Positions 26,901 through 37,129 are shown, counted from the first letter of the stretch. The stretch: 64,000 nt of DNA from Convolutriloba macropyga (GCF_964194025.1 NC_134478.1:5332001-5396000); one strand, 5' to 3'. The notes: generated by a model not told the origin, from the sequence alone. A program made the numbers and translations.

Positions 26901-29900
26901 GTATACTTTGTTCTATCTTCCGGTTTTTCACAAGAATACCGTTAGTTTTTTCGGTTGTCTGCTGAAGCTGGATTGATCAAAACTTTCTGAGAATTGACTA
27001 AACTTAGAACTGATTTCAACCATGAGCTCCCCAGCAAGCATACTTTGACTCATTAGCATAGACTGAAAAAAATTGTTTGATCAAAAATGACAAATTAAAA
27101 AAAATAATAAATTGTTTACGGAAAAAATAAGAAAAACTAATTAAAATAAAAAAGAATGTGAATAGTCACAATTAAAAAAGTGCAATTTTTACGAAATTAA
27201 TTGGATAAAGACATTAATTGCTAGCGGCTTGTTAAAAATTGACGAGCAAACTTAAGAAGTAAACTTTTAGACCTTTTCTTTTTCAAAGATTTCTTTTAGT
27301 CCGAAAAGTTTTCTAAACGAGTGCAGTACAACGCAACATTTTTCCGTACATAACGAGCGTCTGCGGGTACCGAAAAGAGTTTTTACAAAAAAATTGGTTG
27401 GCGTTTTCCGGTGCCGATTTCCGTTCGATGCTGAAGTCTCCTATTTTTTGGAGCCGTTCCCTCAAATCAATTAAAAACCTTAAAATGCAAAATAGTAGAA
27501 AATAAATGTGAAAAGTAGTTACGTTTGGCTGTAAGGGCATTTCACAAAATTTAACTCTTCCTATTCCTGCCGCTCCTTTTTATGTTTTTATCTTTTTAAG
27601 AATACTAAATTGAGGGACTATACTGCTACTAATCTGCCGCTCATTTCCTTGCGGAAAGCGCTTCCGTCAAACATGTTTTGAGCTGGAAAGCAGTTTTCGT
27701 ATTTCACCTTCCAGTCTAAAAGTGCAACACTCTGACTGGGATTTTGAAATAGGGCACCACAAATTAATTTACCGCAAGATGAATTATTGTTTACCAGATT
27801 ATTTCTCCAAATAACTCACGTAGCATTAATTATTTCCCATTGTAAGTTTTTCTATGTTTTTATAAACTTGAGCTGATATTTACTCTGATTTTTTCTCGAT
27901 CATATTTATAAATATTTCAGTAAAAAAACACAAAATTAACTACAAAAAATTGCCATAATTTTCGTCAATTATTTTTGAGAAGAAATAAAGTTGATAAAAC
28001 GTTTTGCGTTGTGCAAAACAGTGAAAATTTGTCAAACAGTAGAAAAATGAAATTAAAAGACAAAGAGAAATTAAAAAAGTATGAAAAATAGCATAGCAAT
28101 TGTAAATTTCAAAGCAGTACCTAGTCTCCCTGCATCAATTTGTTTCACCAATTCTAAGATTCATGAAATTTTATTGAGTGCTCTTCCTTAATGTCTATTT
28201 GTTCAATAAAGTGTTCTACTGTCCATACTTGAAAATATGTTTCAGAAAATTCCAGAAGTGGAGCGATTTTCTCTCATCCGAGGTTACTTCACTCTCACAA
28301 AGTAAGTAGTCAATATCATACACATCAAATTTTTATAAATATTTCTGTATATTTATAACTGTTTCCTGGGGTTACAATTGAAAAAAGAGATGTACAATTT
28401 TATTTTTAAAAATAATTTTTACATGTGGCACAAGCGATGACTATATTAGGAGTCAGTTACAGAAACTTGCCTTGTTTCAAGTGCCTCTTGTAATGGATTC
28501 ACAAAATCTGATCATGTTTTTGCAAAAAAGAATACTAAAATTGAATGAGTTATGCATCAATATGAAAACTGCAAGTCATTCTAAAAGTTAATAGGTGAAG
28601 ATTGCAAAGTAGCTTTGATTTTACAAGAACTGCAAGGTTGTGGCAATATTTGAATTATCTTGAAATTTCTCAGTTCTGTATTCAAAAACTGTTTAAGACC
28701 TTGCAAATGAAATGCTTTTTTTCAATAACTGGATGACCAAATGGAACGATCCATACTTTTACATGGAAAATTATCTATAAAATTTTGGGTCTATTCTGTT
28801 TTGCCCCCCCCCCCCCCCCAGCTTAATTGGCTGATATTTTTACGCCCCCCAGGCGTGCGTGCTATTTTTTTACACAGTAATGTGCTATATAACAACATAT
28901 AGTTTGTAACGGAGGGCGTAAAAAACACTGGGGGGGGGGGGGGGGACAGAACAGATCCAAAATTTTATTTAAAATCTTTTTTTGTTTTCAGAAACAGTAT
29001 CTCGCCTGCCTCTAGCTTGCTTGATTTGATACAGTATGCTGGAAATGAGACTTCGACTGAGATCATGATCCTACTTGATCAGATCACTCGATTCTTCCTA
29101 GAAAGATACGAAATGAGACATCTCTACTTCCTCCATGTTTGTACTTATGATTTATATTTTCAATTGCTCCTTTTACATAGAAAAATTATGCTGCTGAATA
29201 GAAAATTATCTAATTTTTGATGAGATCATCAATTGGTCATTTGACTGATAAGATTGCATGAAATACCGTTGCCTGAAGATTTTCTTAGATTTTTATTCTC
29301 TTGTATTTATACTCGTACTGTTTCGCAGCATTTAAAAATTTGATTTTTTTTTTCAAATTGAAAATCTTGAATTTAATTTACAGTTAAAAAGTTATAACCG
29401 GTTAACAGTAGCACATAAATTGTTTTTATGCTTTTGTTACAGGAGTTCTTTGGTGACATTTGGAGTTCTATCTACGATGGAGAATGTGCCTCAACCATTA
29501 TAGACATTGACCAGTAAGAACTTATTAATTCAATATCATATATTAAAAATCATATCAGTTGTGCTCGGGAAATAAAAGAGAGTATTAGACCTCTGTGAAC
29601 ACTTGGATTTTAATCTTGCAAGATACATAAACGGAATTTTGTACAAGTGAAAAATTCTCGAAAAGAGATCTAAAAAAAGAATTTGGTAAATTTTCTGGTA
29701 AATTGTATTACATTTCTTGACCAGAGTTCTTGTTAAAGATTAGGGTACGTTTTTGGTACCTTTTCGACAAAAAATTTGTAGTTTGTGGTATTCTGCAAGA
29801 TTTTGGATAGTTTTGAATTGGGTTTTTTAGATCTGATTGTGTGGAGGCAACGTTACGGAATGCGTGCTACTTTGAGAATGAGAAGTGTAGGTCGCAGGCA

Positions 29901-32900
29901 TACTCTCTTTTGGACAGAATCAGTCAACAGGCCAAGTACAGTCCAAGCAACAAGTCATTTATAAGGTACATTGATTAGTCATCTCTTTTAATTAGTCTCT
30001 GATCTTTTCTGTTTGTGCCCCCACCCCAACTTAGTGGACGCCCCCACATGCGCGTGCCATGTTTTTACATAATGATTTACTATGTAAAGGCACGTGATCT
30101 GTAACTGGGGAACATAAAGTACTGGGGGGAACGGAAAAGTTACATAATCTCAATTAAATTTTTTGGATATCTTTACGTTTGTGACCCCCCCCCCCCCCCT
30201 CCAAGTACTTTATGCCCCCCCCCCCGTTATAGAGCACGTGCCTTTACGTAGTAAATAATCATGTAAAAATATGGCACGTGCTCTATAACGGGGGGGCATA
30301 AAGTACTTGGAGGGGGGTCACAAACGTAAAGATATGCAAAAAATTTAATTGAGATTATGAAACTTTTCCGTCCCCCCCCAGTACTTTATGTTCCCCCAGT
30401 TACAGAGCACGCGCCAATACATAGTAAATCATCTGGAAAAAATATGGCTCGTTCGTCTGGGGTGGGGGGAGGGTGCAAATAATATGCACCCACTAAGCTG
30501 GGGGACACAAACGGAAAAGATAACATTTTTTTTCGTCAATTTTTTTAATTCTGCGTGAGAAAATTTACTTCCAGTCAAAATTGTAAGCTACTCATTAAGA
30601 TTGGTGCCCCACAAAGCTGAAAAAAGGATCTATTCTGTTTTGCCCCCCCCCCCCCGCCTAGTGGGCTTATATCTTTTGTGCCCCCCAGGCGCACGTACTG
30701 TTTTTTTTAAAATAATAGCGTGCTATATAACATATAATTTGTAACTGGGGGCGTAAGAATACTGGGGGGAAGAAAAAAATGGATCCGAAAAAAGCTTAAA
30801 TGATCTTATTTTTAGCACATGGAGGATAAAAAAAGAGAATTTATTGTTACTGTTATTATTTTATGGCAGTATATCCAACTTTTAAGCAGTTCATAAGCAA
30901 AATTACAGGACGAAAAGGGTGACAAACTAAAATCCTCTCTGTTTGAACTCATAAAGTTCTGTGATACACCTATGTGCATGGACAAAAAAACGCAAATCCC
31001 ACTTGACAAAAAAATGTTGTTTCTTAACTTTACGTTATTGATAAAACTTTGAGTAGGACTCGGAAATTGGGTAATTAATCACCATTAGCGCGGGTTTGAA
31101 AAACGATAAGGTGCTCTTAAACAGGTATCAATTACTGAAAGGTTCCCCAAAAACGGTAGTTATATAACGTCACTGTTTTTCGCGATTAAGAAGTTAACTG
31201 TGGGCAGAATTGAGAGAGAAAGAGCAAATTTTTCTTACTTGTTTTGCTGAATAAGTTAAATATTTTCCACAGTTTTAAGTCACCTCATAACTTTATTGCT
31301 CAAATTTAATGAATAATCTTGCTTGAGAATCAATTCAAATAATTAATTGTTTTTGTGTGTCGTGATGTGGATTGCTTCAAAAATGTTAATCCTTTCTTAA
31401 TCCACAAGTAGGTTTGCCAGTAACTGTGTCCGGAGAAAACAGTCCCAGACAAACAGTCCCAGACAAACAGTCCACAGTCCTATAAATGCAGACAGGATAG
31501 TCCCGAATAATTATCGAAACAATTGTAAATAGAATTAATCTACAAACAACTAACAAACATAATCTAACACATGCGCTTCTGAGTGTTTTGTTTTTAATTG
31601 ATTTGAATTAGAGGTGAACCAAAATCTTGTTAAAAATACATTATTTGGCAAAAACTATGTTGTAATCAGCTTAATACTTGTTCAATGATGTACAATCATA
31701 TGAATAACTTAAGCAGTTTCTTTGTTAATTGATTTGCAAATGTTTGACTCTATATTTAGTTCGGACTATTTTGTCTCGGACCGTTTTGTCTGTTTTCTTT
31801 GGACTTTTTTGTCTCGGACTATTTTGTCTGGGAATGTTTTGTCTTGGAATGTTTTGCTATTTGGGACTGTTTTGACCGGGACTGTTTTGTCTGGTACTGT
31901 TTTGTCTGTTCAACGCCAGGAAGATTTCATTAGTTAATCACAAATTAGGTTTTGTTGCATTTCGGTCTAATTGGTGTCGGTCTGGGTGACTATCACAGTT
32001 AGTAATCGTGGATAACAATGACGTTGTGGTCATGTCTGACATTTTTGTCCGCTCTGGCTCAAAAACACGCATAATAGATAATTGCAACAGACATTTCCAA
32101 ACTTGAAGCGAATTTGAACTAAACTTGCTTGCAGTGAAAAATGTCCGCGCCCGCTTTTAACTCTAATCTTAAAACGTGGTCGTGAAGAAGGGTGAAAAAC
32201 TCGAGTGATTTAACCGAGAACATTAAACTTTAGGAAAATAAACAACGTTAAGATGATCTTTAGAACCTCTTTGATTTTGAAATGAGAATTGATTACGAAT
32301 TTGATTCCACGGAAAACACTGTTGGTGCCCTCAATATTACTTAAATATTTTTCATTTTTAATAATAAAATTCAATATTTTGTATGTTTTCAGAGATTCAA
32401 ATTGCATGCGAATGTCTACTATAGACCACAGGGGATAAATTTTTGCGCACGTTTTAGCTGGTTGGGTGAATTCCTTCGTCAACGAGGCGCAGAAGTGATT
32501 GTGGCATCCTCCTCTTGTGACTCAATCAGATGGTCAGAAATACACAAACTCTTCTTGGGCGCACTCAAATTAGACCCGGCAACCCCAGAACAAAACCCTA
32601 GAATCTACGGTTCGTCGTCTCGGGTGTCTTCGTTCTCGTCAGTGACGGACGTTGAGGAAGCTCGGAGGGTTCTTCTAACCGGACTGGCAAGGAACTCGAA
32701 ATCATTGCATACGTTAGTTTAATAATAGTTGAGGACGTGAACTGATTTTCGGCAACTGTTTGTTTTCCCGGCGGACTAACAAAACCTGCCATCAATGTTT
32801 TTGATGTTTCCCTACTCGGAAAAAAATATCATGCAACATCTTACAAGATTCTGGCAGAATCTTGCAAGACGATACTTCGTCTGACAAAATTTCTTCCAAA

Positions 32901-35900
32901 TTCTTGCACGATCTTACAAGATACTTTTTTCTTACGAGAATCTCACAGGATACAATTTTTCTTTTAAGAATCGTACAAGATACACTTTTTTAATTTCAAA
33001 ATTAGTTTTCGACCTCCAGCGCCTACACTTATGACCTATAAAAAATGTATGACCAACCTATCCATAAAAAGAATTTGATGGAAAATAATTTTTTTCTTGA
33101 AGGATCATAATGCTGAATCATCACATTCTTATTTCTTTAATTTAAGGTGATAAAAAACAAAGTTTTGGCTAATTTTTCCTGTTAAAAAAGACATTAATCT
33201 TGCAGAAAACCGACTCCACCTAATTTTCTTCTTCTCAGAGAAGCGTCCACTGACTCGAAGTCTTCTCTGAAGAAAGGGTCTTTGAAGAATGTTCCTTGAA
33301 AATAATTTCCTCGCAGAAATTAGGTGTCCTAGCAACAAAATAACTTGATTGTACCCACGAAAAAGTCTGCTATTTCACTTGGTTTTCAACAACAGTTGTG
33401 TTTTTGGTTGGTTAGTTTCTTCGTATTTCAGCTTTTTTCAGGTGGTTTATTTATTTGCAAGAATCTTACAAGATAAACTTTTTCTTGCAAGATATTACAA
33501 GATTAATTTTTGGCCTCAACTAAAGCTTACATAGGCATCGCCTGGTCCGCCCCCTGGAGTTCTTTCGCATCGTCTGTACAAAAATAGGCATAAATTTTTT
33601 CACACTCTGCTGAAAAAATAATTGTTTCACAGGGAAACCAAAAACTTTTTGCTAATTTTTGGATGGTTTTTTGTTTACTTCTTCTGTATGAATGTAGAGA
33701 ATGTTCGGCCTTTCAAGTAACGTAGCTGTTTTTGATCTACAAACTGAGCATTTACATATATTCTACATCTGTTAAAATAACGAACCGGGTTGCCCTCATA
33801 ATTCAAAAAGTTACATAATTACATCTTCATATTACGGTGTCTATCAACAATTGTTGCCATAAACTTTATAAAAGTTTCACAGAATGCAATGAATCGTTTT
33901 AAAAAAATGAAGAGCGCCCAAACAATTTGCGAAACATATTCTTCAAAATAATAGTGGAGAAAAATGGCCGCTGATAATAATTTAAAACAATAATGTAAAA
34001 AAATATTAATAATTGACCGCTGTGATTTGGTAGACAAAAGTATATTTTCTTAATAAATTTTTATTATCAACTATAGTTGATAATAAAAATTTATTCAGAA
34101 TATATACTTTGGCCTACCAATTCACAGCGGTCAATTATTAAAAACTTTTTATCTTATTATTGTTTTAAATTATTATTAGCTGCCAATTTTTTTTCCACTA
34201 TTAGTATGAATCATATGTTTCGCAAATTGTTCGGGCACTTTTCAAGTTTTTTTAAAAAATGATTTTCTAGAACTTGCATTCTATTAAAGTTTAATAAAGT
34301 TTATGGCGACAATTTTTCATAGACAAAATAATATGAAGTTGTAATTATGTTGTAACTTTTTGACGCCACCAATTTCGCATAAATCTCGAAAGCATGTGTG
34401 TTTGCTTTGATATCATGAAACTGATTCTGTGCTCTGCACTACAGAAATTGATATCTTTGCTTATTTCAAGGTTACTATCAACTATTGACCAGCCTGTTGA
34501 AGACAAACTGTCTGCGGGTACTGAGGCCTCGGTTCCCGCTCAGGGAGGTGGTGGAGGCGATGGGGCTCAGAGTAAGAGTCGGTTCTATTACAAGACAGAA
34601 GAGCTGCTTGTGCTATTGACGGAGTCAGTGTATTATTCCGATGGCTGGATCGGAATGGCTAACCATTTAACCCAATCAAACGGTGCTAATATCAACCCGT
34701 AAGTCTTCACTTTCAACTATATTCCGGTAAAAAACTATTTTTTCGAAAGAAATGTTTCAGATTACTCTAAACTTTAATCAATTATTTGATAAAATCCTCG
34801 TCTTTTTATGGCTCTCTTTGATACAACATACAGCATTTATGAAAGAAAGTATCATATATTTATAATAAAAATTGAAAAATTGATGCTTTTTCACTCACTG
34901 TTTTCCACTGGCTGTGTTTTTCTATACAAAGGAAAGTATAATTTTCAAAAACAAAAATTCCTTTACAATTTTCTGCAAGCTATTTTTTATCGGAAAAATG
35001 CAGACATCAGCAACTCTCAGTGATTAAAAAACTTAAAACCGTGCTAGAATATTGAAAATGAATTTATATCAGTTTCCTATCTCACCAAATACAATTTTGC
35101 ACAATCTTTTCATTGAAAGTCAATTTCAGAATAAATGGAAGACTCAAAAAGACTAAATTTGTAAAATCCTGCAAAATTCATACTCATCGCACAGTTAAAC
35201 CTATTAAATGTCATTTAAATAATCTCATTCCTTTAGTAAAAAAATTATTCTAGCCAGGCCTTGGAAAATGACGCGCTGTATGAACATTGAGATTTTTTTT
35301 GCAAAAGTTTTATTTTGTGTCTTGAATACTTTTCTCCGTTATTGCTCTATCAACTGTACTGTTTCGACCAAATTTTTTGAAGTACAATATTAGGTGATTA
35401 TTTATTCCAGACAAGACTTATTTTGATGACTATGTGTGACTTGATATTGCAGATTGAAAAAAGAAAATTAAGGACGTTCAATCAAAAGCTAAAACCATTT
35501 CTAATTGCCTGCCTCCTAGTTTTTTTTTGCAATCTTGCATGAGTATGCCACATTTGGTTGTTCCTAGCCACTCAGGAATTGATGCATATCTCTCAAAAAA
35601 CATATTATGAATTCAAAAGTAGCATTGATTGGTTTTCAAAACTGATTGTATAATTCAAAATGAAGAGATTTCATTTTCGATTTACCCAGAACAAAATCTA
35701 GCATGTCACATAGTGGATCTCTTCTGTCTCCTCACCCAGTGTCCTTTTTTGCTCTCTAATTACAATTAATTCATGATTTATATAGCACGTTAGTATATAA
35801 ATTTCCGTTTCAAAAACTTACCGGATTCTCATCAAAATCAATTTATTAACAAGGCCATCTAAAAACTGGTTGCTGCCAATTAGTAATTTTTTTGCAGCAA

Positions 35901-36988
35901 CAAAATTTGAAGGCAGTTTGTGTGGTACAATTAGTTTAGTGTGGTACTTTGCTGAATATCAAGATTGAAAAATCCAACTGTTGGTTTCCATAAGAACATT
36001 TCATGTGAACAAAAAGAAAAAATGTTGAAAGCAATTGTTTTCGTCCTTTATTGAGTGTATTGAAGGTAAATAAGAAGAACTTGTATGACTCGGGATGTTT
36101 CTAGGTTCTAGAATTCTTGCAAGATTTTACATTCAAAGGGCATTTTAAAAAGTCAATTGGAATCAGTTCTGCTGATCAAAATTCTTGTAAACTTCAATTT
36201 TTTTATTTTAATTTAGTTACAATACAAAACTCAGAAAATTTTTAAGAGTTTAAAATTTGCAAGATTCTTGCAAGATTTTGAATCAGGACTGAAAATTTTT
36301 CCATCGATTTCAGTTTTGTAACTTGTTTAGAAAAACAATTTGCTTCAAAGGTGTTTTTTAAAACAATAGATCCCTGATTTACTTTTTTGCCTGGATTAAT
36401 ATCTTGCAAGTTTTGAACCATTTTGCCAGATTTTTGAAGAATTGAATGCGCTCATCACTAGTGTAAATACAGCACGTGCGCCTGAGAGGCGTAAGAGATA
36501 TATTTCCACTAAGCTGAGTGGGGGGGGGGTGAAGCAGAATAGATCACACATTTAATGGCAACTAAGAGTTATGTATGACTGGCAATATGGCAACTGAAGC
36601 GAACTTTTTCAGGAAAGTTTTTCTATCGCTGAATTTCACAAAATTTCCGATTTTAGTTGGATATAGATGATACAGATGATGGCTTTTTTTTGTTCTTTTA
36701 TTTACGTTTGTTGAATGTTCTAGAATATTCTTCAAAGTGGCGTCTGAGACTGGCGACAGATTCTGTTCACAATTCCTGACTCGCTATTCACACTTTATCA
36801 CTCAGACGTCTGACCTTGAAGACTTCCGCCAACTTTTGAAGTTATTTATCGCCAAAGGGTGCTCCTGCTGCTTAAAGGACGAATACAATTATGACCTCGT
36901 CAATCATCAAATTAGTTCACAAATTGTCTGGTACAACTCAAACGATAACTCTACAAAACATTTCTTTCATCAACTATATTTTGTTTAG
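4598..36988 (+). CDS. M1-family (aminopeptidase N/ERAP-like) protein, predicted catalytically inactive; 16 visible exons, ~1044 aa, 5' end not found
   Basis: Join 4598-4836, 5484-5775, 6602-6815, 9068-9183, 10381-10602, 14205-14447, 15122-15244, 19795-20083, 23824-24065, 28246-28301, 28992-29136, 29443-29513, 29831-29965, 32458-32712, 34471-34698, 36724-36988 (3135 nt, phases all compatible, no internal stop). M1 motifs occur in the expected order: [60 protein letters not shown]....C, and a C-terminal IVWY helix. Confidence 0.9.
4917..5458. mobile_element. Foldback/MITE with ~200-bp imperfect terminal inverted repeats
   Basis: aacgtttttgaatttgacgttctggttttcaat at 4917 pairs with attgaaaaccagaacgacaaattcaaaaacgtt ending at 5458. 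The inner arms (gcttcagaacaaaaaa / ttttttgttctgaagc) also pair. Confidence 0.8.
5484..5775 (+). CDS. M1 protein exon ([17 protein letters not shown]...SPTYLYSL)
   Basis: tttaag acceptor and GTTGGT donor; diagnostic FPCFDEP motif. Confidence 0.93.
6602..6815 (+). CDS. M1 protein exon (VIFFNES...[22 protein letters not shown])
   Basis: ttatag acceptor. Of three same-phase donors, the GTTTGT at 6816 was chosen because it yields KL|DVI, matching the consensus KLDLI. Confidence 0.8.
6953..7745. repeat. Repeat element with short internal arrays (caagtctt/caagact units and ttttcgtgaa tandem repeats)
   Basis: Starts cccgtac, as does a related segment at ~6240. tcaagtctt units lie at 7030-7140, inverted caagact units at 7517-7600 and ttttcgtgaa(g/t) units at 7616-7740. 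Confidence 0.6.
8822..9018. mobile_element. MITE of the poly-C/poly-G 'cagcttagtgg...cacgtg...taactggggg' family
   Basis: Shares internal motifs and G/C runs with the copies at 28787, 30001, 30626, 36470 and 62690. Confidence 0.7.
9068..9183 (+). CDS. M1 protein exon carrying the degenerate GAMEN and HEXXH positions ([22 protein letters not shown]...VAKATTAQ)
   Basis: cttcag acceptor and GTAATT donor; phases match both neighbours. Confidence 0.85.
9304..10325. repeat. Degenerate element with agatcttaca-type subterminal repeats in inverted orientation
   Basis: Many (cgt)agatcttacat units at 9420-9830 and reverse-complement units (gtaagatc, gatctacgct) at 10090-10270. It begins cctggccgagg, similar to the cccgggccgagg terminus at 63139. 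Confidence 0.5.
10381..10602 (+). CDS. M1 protein exon ([24 protein letters not shown] plus a Ser-rich insert)
   Basis: tttcag acceptor and GTTAGA donor; aligns to WFGNLVT..WW.DLWLNEGFA.Y. Confidence 0.9.
10736..11028. mobile_element. Near-perfect ~290-bp palindromic MITE
   Basis: ccggctgggctctcgaagcgagtctgattagtcgcatttatgacaggaaggacc is exactly mirrored. The loop is only a few nt near 10880, and TTAA lies at the right flank. Confidence 0.88.
11136..12130. mobile_element. Non-autonomous CACTA/CMC-like DNA transposon
   Basis: TIR cccgggtcgag...ctcgacccggg and an AA 2-bp direct flank on both sides. Subterminal ~30-bp tandem repeats gaatggttaacttgtaagaacttgcaagtc. Confidence 0.75.
11755..11912. 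repeat. Compound (TG)n/(AG)n microsatellite
   Basis: Seen directly; lies inside the 11136-12130 element. Confidence 0.95.
14205..14447 (+). CDS. M1 protein exon ([14 protein letters not shown]...HSRAIK)
   Basis: tttcag acceptor and GTTTGA donor; AL..DS motif, ending at the K of the K|GA motif. Confidence 0.75.
14767..14922. mobile_element. Small hairpin MITE
   Basis: aaaatttaacacgcgttagtttcgaaa pairs with tttcgaagctaactcgtgttaaatttt, and gctaccattgt pairs with acaatggtagc. Confidence 0.65.
15122..15244 (+). CDS. M1 protein exon ([10 protein letters not shown]...YLVYIQM)
   Basis: tttcag acceptor and GTTAGT donor; completes KGA(T)V; phase 0/0. Not in the ORF track. Confidence 0.8.
15371..17929 (+). 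mobile_element. Helentron-associated non-autonomous element (HINE/DINE-1-like)
   Basis: 5' subterminal repeat gttccgaccc (15376-15385) with a nearby partial inverted copy. The 3' inverted repeat gggtcggaac (17883-17892) is followed by the hairpin atgtgc-catc-gcacat and a ttgttt end. The ends are T-rich with no TSD, and the interior has degenerate repeats. Confidence 0.65.
18790..18978. repeat. Tandem duplication, two ~98-bp units
   Basis: atttcgttaaaat...aaatgatagatttgaaaatatttcttggttccac.gaataccagtaaaattc occurs twice. Confidence 0.9.
19795..20083 (+). CDS. M1 protein exon ([28 protein letters not shown]...)
   Basis: gcag acceptor and GTAATT donor; matches M..W..Q.G(Y/F)PV at the domain II/III boundary. 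Confidence 0.88.
20836..20910. repeat. (TA)n microsatellite
   Basis: Seen directly. Confidence 0.97.
21300..23582 (+). mobile_element. Second, diverged HINE-like copy (3' end clear, 5' end approximate)
   Basis: 23485-23582 is homologous to 17830-17927 (gacaattaa...ggggtcggagc...taccgaacctccttgt). The internal gtaattaatgtttgttgttg at ~22350 matches ~17615. Confidence 0.5.
23824..24065 (+). CDS. M1 protein exon (...[22 protein letters not shown])
   Basis: aacag acceptor and GTTAGT donor; matches N..G(Y/F)YRVNYD...W..L..QL. Confidence 0.85.
24980..27720. repeat. Degenerate long direct repeats
   Basis: ~25140-25690 is repeated at ~27150-27715, and ~24985-25110 is repeated at ~25700-25830. Confidence 0.8.
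28246..28301 (+). CDS. M1 protein short exon ([19 protein letters not shown])
   Basis: tttcag acceptor and GTAAGT donor; matches I...DRA.LI.D.F.LA; required for phase continuity. Confidence 0.82.
28787..28958. mobile_element. MITE of the poly-C/poly-G family with an apparent 8-bp TSD
   Basis: TIR gggtctattctg...cagaacagatcc is flanked on both sides by aaaatttt. Confidence 0.8.
28992..29136 (+). CDS. M1 protein exon ([21 protein letters not shown]...)
   Basis: tttcag acceptor and GTTTGT donor; matches LDL..YL.NE. Confidence 0.85.
29443..29513 (+). CDS. M1 protein short exon ([23 protein letters not shown])
   Basis: ttacag acceptor and GTAAGA donor; phase 0/2 fits both neighbours. Confidence 0.8.
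29831..29965 (+). CDS. M1 protein exon (...[20 protein letters not shown]...)
   Basis: ttttag acceptor and GTACAT donor; AC......C...A disulfide pattern of the ERAP1-like C-terminal domain. Confidence 0.85.
30001..30521. mobile_element. Composite ~520-bp palindrome made of three poly-C/poly-G MITE units
   Basis: The outer units are inverted to each other and the central unit is self-complementary. The spacer cataatctcaattaaatttttt is mirrored as aaaaaatttaattgagattatg. Confidence 0.8.
30626..30786. mobile_element. MITE of the poly-C/poly-G family
   Basis: ggatctattctgttttgcccc...ggatcc with gaaaaaa on both flanks; highly similar to 28787-28958. Confidence 0.8.
31424..31913. mobile_element. 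Foldback-type element with inverted arrays of 14-15-bp subterminal repeats
   Basis: aaacagtcccagac units on the left and gggactgttttgtct units on the right. Confidence 0.7.
32458..32712 (+). CDS. M1 protein exon ([10 protein letters not shown]...[13 protein letters not shown])
   Basis: ttttag acceptor and GTTAGT donor; open GC-richer frame resembling E...LL.AL. The acceptor choice is less certain. Confidence 0.78.
32810..33525. repeat. Element with cttacaagat/cttgcaaga subterminal repeats
   Basis: Repeat clusters at 32835-32985 and 33455-33505. Confidence 0.5.
33803..34363. mobile_element. ~560-bp loopless AT-rich palindrome (foldback element)
   Basis: Centre ttattatcaactatagttgataataa at ~34073. 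The arms pair out to tcaaaaagttac / gtaactttttga. Confidence 0.85.
34471..34698 (+). CDS. M1 protein exon with a Gly-rich insert (LLSTIDQP...GGGGGDG...GWIGMANHL)
   Basis: ttcaag acceptor and GTAAGT donor; phase 2/2. Confidence 0.8.
36724..36988 (+). CDS. M1 protein terminal exon (...[24 protein letters not shown])
   Basis: ttctag acceptor and TAG stop; resembles the terminal NI.W...N...I..WL helix; AATAAA lies downstream. Confidence 0.85.
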
Positions 36989-37123
36989 TTATAGCCCATT
37001 TTGGTGATGACTATACTTAATGTGTATTAAGTATTTTGTTTTTGTTTTGATTATTTTTGTTTTATTTTCCTCTATTGTTTAGTGAAAAATCTGTTGTTTT
37101 GTAAACTTATGTGTGCTCTCAGC

Positions 37124-37129
37124 AATAAA
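37124..37129 (+). promoter_or_regulatory. Putative polyadenylation signal of the M1 gene
   Basis: AATAAA ~135 nt after the stop codon, followed by T-rich sequence. Confidence 0.55.

Noticed and set aside
32393-32457. Stronger-looking acceptor tttcag at 32392
   Set aside because: In the required phase it meets a TAA stop after ~14 codons, whereas the acceptor at 32457 keeps the frame.
4598-36988. TAF2 (a known catalytically dead M1-fold protein) as the identity of the gene
   Set aside because: FPCFDEP, GLY.TSY, the AC...C disulfide and the ERAP1-like C-terminal helices ending at the IVWY helix point to the APN/ERAP ectopeptidase type. A phylogeny would settle it.
4598-36988. Calling the M1 gene a pseudogene
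   Set aside because: All 16 exons join in frame with canonical splice sites and no stops.
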